54,080 nucleotides of DNA from Prorocentrum cordatum (lineage: Eukaryota): assembly GCA_963575745.1 (NCBI GenBank), contig CAUYUJ010000265.1, positions 62,001 to 116,080 of the forward strand, written 5' to 3'. The position numbers and the translations under genes are program-made. Of this stretch, positions 53,220 to 54,080 are shown piece by piece. The notes beneath the pieces are model-generated. The model was not told where the DNA came from, made no database searches, and was given only the letters and a program-made list of their open reading frames with translations. Position 1 is the first letter of the stretch, and each line of letters starts with the position of its first letter.

Positions 53220-53700
53220 TGAAGAGATATGTGTAGCATAGATTCCCTTTTCTATATTGTTAAAATCTGGGACCCCCCCCTCGCCTCCCGAGGTTCGAGG
53301 TCTTCGGAGGAGGAGGAGGAGGGAGGAGGGAGGAGGGAGGGAGGAGGGAGGAGGTCTTCGGGCGTTCGGGCCCCCCCCCACCCCCGAGGTTCGAGGCTCT
53401 GGCGGGCGGGCTTGGTGGACCCCCCCGAAACGGGACACCTCCGAATCCTTGGCCCCGGGGGCACCCCGAAGGCCCCTGCCGACGGCCCCCCTGTGCCTCC
53501 TGGGGCTCCTCAAGTCCCTGGAGAGATACATGTGGCATAGATTCCCTGTTCTATATTGTTACAAATCTGGGACCCTGCGAAAACCCATCCCCCCCGAAAC
53601 GGGACACCTCCGAATCCTGGGCCCCGGGGGCACCCTGAAGGCCCCTGCCGACGGTCCCCTGTGTCTCCTGGGACTCCTCCGAGGGAACTCGGCCACGAAG
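53220..53700 (+). repeat. Imperfect tandem duplication
   Basis: gcatagattccct.ttctatattgtta at ~53236 and ~53536; ccccgaaacgggacacctccgaatcct at ~53422 and ~53591. Confidence 0.85.
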
Positions 53701-54080
53701 GGGGAGGAGTGCTCCTCGTCCTCCTCGTCCTCCTCCTCCTCCTCCTCCTCCTCCTCCTCCTCCTCCTCCTCCTCCTCCTCCTCCTCAAGTCCCTGTAGGG
53801 CCTAGGCAACGGAGCCAAATCGGTCGGGAAGGCGGCAGGACGGCCCCACGAGAGCCCACAGGGGCCCCAGACACCCACCAGGACGCCCGAAGACGACCCA
53901 AAGAAGATCCCCAGAAGGCATTCGAAACGCGAAACACACTGATTCCGATGGTTTTTGTATGATGTTGGGAATGCTCGGTTCTTCGTTTTTCTGGGCGTCC
54001 GAGACCGCCCAGGAGGCCAGAAAATCGCCCCAAACTTAACCAAGAGGGCTTCCAGACAGTCCAGGAGAAGCCCCAAGGCC

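Overview
Eukaryotic, GC-rich, repeat-dominated DNA, most consistent with a dinoflagellate nuclear genome. This is inferred from spliced-leader relics, a plastid-targeted chaperonin leader and the retroelement protein style. No intact host gene, rRNA, tRNA or CRISPR array is visible. The left third is a head-to-tail run of three minus-strand retroposed units: a full-length RNase-H-bearing LINE (12712-19318; ORF1 intact, ORF2 disrupted, flanked by (GGA)n, pseudoknotted SL-like 5' end), a decayed Gag-protease-dUTPase retroelement (~7050-12583), and an intronless Cpn20 pseudogene with spliced-leader relics (4803-5798). The rest is microsatellites, satellites and non-autonomous elements: an 8-bp-TSD MITE, a DINE-1/HINE-like element carrying a 90-bp array, a 3.8-kb TIR-bounded element in (CAA)n, a seven-unit array separated by (CAA)n, a dispersed hairpin family and a candidate zinc-finger exon. 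Most long ORFs in the track are low-complexity artefacts. All family assignments come from motif recognition by eye, not from database searches.
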